Shown here piece by piece: positions 61,759 through 64,000 of a stretch of 64,000 bases of DNA. Source of the stretch: Halothiobacillus sp. (GTDB lineage: Bacteria > Pseudomonadota > Gammaproteobacteria > Halothiobacillales > Halothiobacillaceae); contig NZ_JAQTTX010000008.1 in the NCBI RefSeq assembly GCF_028710545.1, positions 304 through 64,303 on the forward strand, written 5' to 3'. The translations under genes were made by a program, and so were the position numbers. The first letter of the stretch is position 1, and each line of letters opens with the position of its first letter. Under the pieces are notes generated by a model, which had not been told where the DNA came from, did not search any database, and saw only the letters and a list, made by a program, of their open reading frames with translations.

Positions 61759-61913
61759 GGAAGCTCTGAACAACGCCATCCTGGCGTTTTCTGAGGGCGA
61801 AAATCAAAAAATGTGATTTTTGATTTTCTTCATGAACAATCACTTGCATGATCGTTCATGGCGGCACGTCCTTGTGCCGCACGGAACCTCTGATTTAATC
61901 AGAGGTTCCTTAA
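61755..61913 (+). mobile_element. Family A hairpin-array MITE-like repeat, copy A3 (159 bp)
   Basis: Best-preserved copy. Terminal inverted repeats TTAAGGAAGCTCTGA / TCAGAGGTTCCTTAA match 14/15. The left terminus contains the ycgN stop codon TAA (61756-61758). Confidence 0.82.
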
Positions 61914-61929
61914 TATGGGTTCGGAATGT

Positions 61930-62865
61930 TTAACGTGAATTAGCTGTTTTTAGGTACTGTTTCGCCCATTGTTCGGTCCAATCTGCGAGTATGACCTCAA
62001 TGCCGGTCTGCACTGTCGGTGTTTTCAGCCCAAGGTGTACAGCGGCCGCCATGAGATTTTCTCGCGCACGGTGACTATCCAATGCAGGCGCGTGATTGGT
62101 CTTGCTGAGTTTGAGTCCATTTCTTCCCAGCACAAGTGGCAAGTGTCCGTACACTGGCAGAGGCGTATCCGGGTACAGGGCCTGATGCAGGGCGATATGA
62201 AGTGGTGTGAGCGATGAGAGGTCGGCACCACGCACCACGTGGGTGATGCCCATCGTTCGGTTGTCGACAACCTCTGCCAGATGATAGGCAAAAACATCGT
62301 CCGACCGCCGCAAAATCGGGTCACCGATGGTTGTGGATAATGATTGTTCTATCTGCCCCAGAAAGCGGTCGGTGAATTGGATGGTCCCGGTGGGCACGAT
62401 AAATCGAATGCCTGCCATTTCGTGTTCGGAAACAGCGCGTTCCCGGCACGTGCCCGGATAAATGGGGCCGGCGAGACCTTCACTGGCCCGCCCGTTTTTT
62501 ACGGCATCACGGAGCTGTTTGCGCGTGCAGGTGCAGTGGTAGGTGAGGGCGTTATCCGCCAATCGGTTCAACGCCTCCGTGTAGATAACATGTCTGGTTC
62601 GCTGCCGGACAATTTCTCCATCGGGCACCAGCCCATGTGCCGAGAGTTGGGTGATGATTTGCTCGGTGGTTGCCGGCAGGCATCGTTGTTCGTCCAGATC
62701 GTCAATCCGTACTTTCCATATCCCGTTGTGCGCACGCGCATCAAGATAACTGCCGAGTGCGGCTACCAGAGAACCCAGATGCAATGCGCCCGAAGGCGTC
62801 GGTGCAAATCGACCGATATAGGGGGAAGTTGTTTCGATGGCGCGGTGCCGTTTCGTTCTGTCCAT
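61930..62865 (-). CDS. gluQ: Glutamyl-Q tRNA(Asp) synthetase
   Basis: YIGRFAPTPSGALHLGSLVAALGSYLDARA, CTCTRKQL, VVRGADL and LSKTNHAP are colinear with E. coli GluQRS (YadB). Confidence 0.9.
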   Translation of the reverse strand: MDRTKRHRAIETTSPYIGRFAPTPSGALHLGSLVAALGSYLDARAHNGIWKVRIDDLDEQRCLPATTEQIITQLSAHGLVPDGEIVRQRTRHVIYTEALNRLADNALTYHCTCTRKQLRDAVKNGRASEGLAGPIYPGTCRERAVSEHEMAGIRFIVPTGTIQFTDRFLGQIEQSLSTTIGDPILRRSDDVFAYHLAEVVDNRTMGITHVVRGADLSSLTPLHIALHQALYPDTPLPVYGHLPLVLGRNGLKLSKTNHAPALDSHRARENLMAAAVHLGLKTPTVQTGIEVILADWTEQWAKQYLKTANSR

Positions 62866-62941
62866 TATCTCGTTACTATGGTCTTAGGTCGTTCAAATGC
62901 CAACCTTGGCCATGATTCAGGCGGCTCAGCAGCAGGTGGAT

Positions 62942-64000
62942 ATGAAGATGAATTCGGATCGATCATTACGCAACCTTTCCGTTCGCTGGAAAAGATTGTT
63001 GTTACCGATCATGGTGCTCACGACGATGGTGTTCGCATGTGCTCATGCAGATGCGAACGTGCCCAAGCCGACCATAAGCCCAGCCACCACCCATGTCACT
63101 CCAAATGTCATTACCGATTGGACGCCGCCGCCTGCCTTTCTGGCCGGAATGGCGGCCATCGCTCAAGGTGATTCTGCCGCAGTGGATGCCGCAATTGCTG
63201 CACTGAAGGATAATCCATTGGCGACCTACCTTCGCTTCCGCTTCCTGCTCGATCCGCCGACCTCTGACCCAGCACCCGTCATTGCGTTCTTGCAGGCGCA
63301 CCCGGATTACGTATTCAGCGCGCAGTTGAAAAGCCAGACATTGAATCGCTTGATTAGCAAGCAACAATTTGCCGACTATCAACTACTTCAAGCAGTCGCT
63401 CCTGAACTGAAATCCAACCGACGGCTCAGTTGTCAGGGTTGGCAAGCGGCACTGGCGCTTGGGACGTTGTCTGCTCAGCAGGTCAAGGATGCAGAACAAT
63501 TCTGGGCCCAGGGCCGCAACCAGCCATCCTATTGCGATCCGATCTTCAAGTGGTTGCGGGCCAATGACAAACTGACGCCAAATCTTTATCGTCAGCGAAT
63601 TCAGGCGTCGATGATCGCGGGCAACCCGAGCTTCGCCTCGTATTTGGTTCGGGATGGAACATCGCGAAAGATCAGTGGATTGGACACTTATTTCAAGCGT
63701 TGGGATGAGGCTCGTCAGGATCCTCAAAGCACCTTGCAACAGGCGCTGAAACGATACCATTCATATCCCGGTCACGACGAACAGGCGCTGCTCATTCAGG
63801 CGTTCAAGTGGCTGGGGCGCAGTGACCCGCAAGCCGCGCATGATTTGCTTGCCCGGTTGCCTAAGTCCTGGCGAATCAAGCCGGATGAACAGGCCGAAAT
63901 TGCACGCGTTATCGCGCTGAAGGCCGCCTATACCCGCATGCCGCAGGCGTATGACTGGCTGATGGCTTTACCCGAATCGGTTCAGGATAAAGAAACGCGC
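62942..64000 (+). CDS. slt: Soluble lytic murein transglycosylase (Slt70-like), N-terminal superhelical domain; gene continues beyond the window end
   Basis: Open frame to the window edge, so absent from the track. Hand translation gives a signal peptide (RWKRLLLPIMVLTTMVFACAHA), then LKDNPLATYLRFRFL, FWAQGRNQPSYCDPIFKWLRANDKLTPNLYRQRIQASMIAGN, which parallels E. coli Slt (LKDYPLYPYLEYR, GKSQPNACDKLFSVWRASGK). In-frame ATGs also occur at 62897 and 62912. Confidence 0.8.
   Translation, partial: MKMNSDRSLRNLSVRWKRLLLPIMVLTTMVFACAHADANVPKPTISPATTHVTPNVITDWTPPPAFLAGMAAIAQGDSAAVDAAIAALKDNPLATYLRFRFLLDPPTSDPAPVIAFLQAHPDYVFSAQLKSQTLNRLISKQQFADYQLLQAVAPELKSNRRLSCQGWQAALALGTLSAQQVKDAEQFWAQGRNQPSYCDPIFKWLRANDKLTPNLYRQRIQASMIAGNPSFASYLVRDGTSRKISGLDTYFKRWDEARQDPQSTLQQALKRYHSYPGHDEQALLIQAFKWLGRSDPQAAHDLLARLPKSWRIKPDEQAEIARVIALKAAYTRMPQAYDWLMALPESVQDKETR

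Overview
The window reads as a core chromosomal segment of a gammaproteobacterium. That assignment is inferred from gene content and synteny only: hslVU, DUF484-xerC, thrS-infC-rpmI-rplT-pheST-ihfA, purB, rdgC, pepN, motAB, hemA-prfA-prmC-moeB, pyrD, htpX, metG, murB, ettA, acnB, yebC, gluQ and slt. I support about 60 protein-coding genes, most of them housekeeping. I recognised no rRNA, tRNA, CRISPR array, transposase, prophage or known defence genes, and xerC is the only recombinase. I did not find a convincing novel multi-gene system, and I prefer to say so rather than invent one. The main structure the genes do not explain is a set of short non-autonomous intergenic repeats. Families A and B are both about 159 bp, consist of arrays of hairpins, have related terminal inverted repeats, and show compensatory stem changes between copies. 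Family C has GGGCACCTCGAAAAACC-type ends. These elements sit inside operon spacers, in 5' and 3' UTRs and directly on stop codons. Family C copies also bracket a visibly AT-richer DsrE-like gene next to a nested repeat cluster. Secondary leads are: (1) a translationally coupled pair encoding an exported VWA/MIDAS protein and an acidic coiled-coil membrane protein; (2) a PepSY / membrane protein / QseBC-like two-component module followed by an overlapping GT2 and PAP2 pair; (3) a probable non-AUG (AUA) start for infC; (4) an OxyR-like operator upstream of a 1-Cys peroxiredoxin. All coordinates for repeats and sites were counted by hand and may be off by 1-2 nt. Nothing here was checked against a database.
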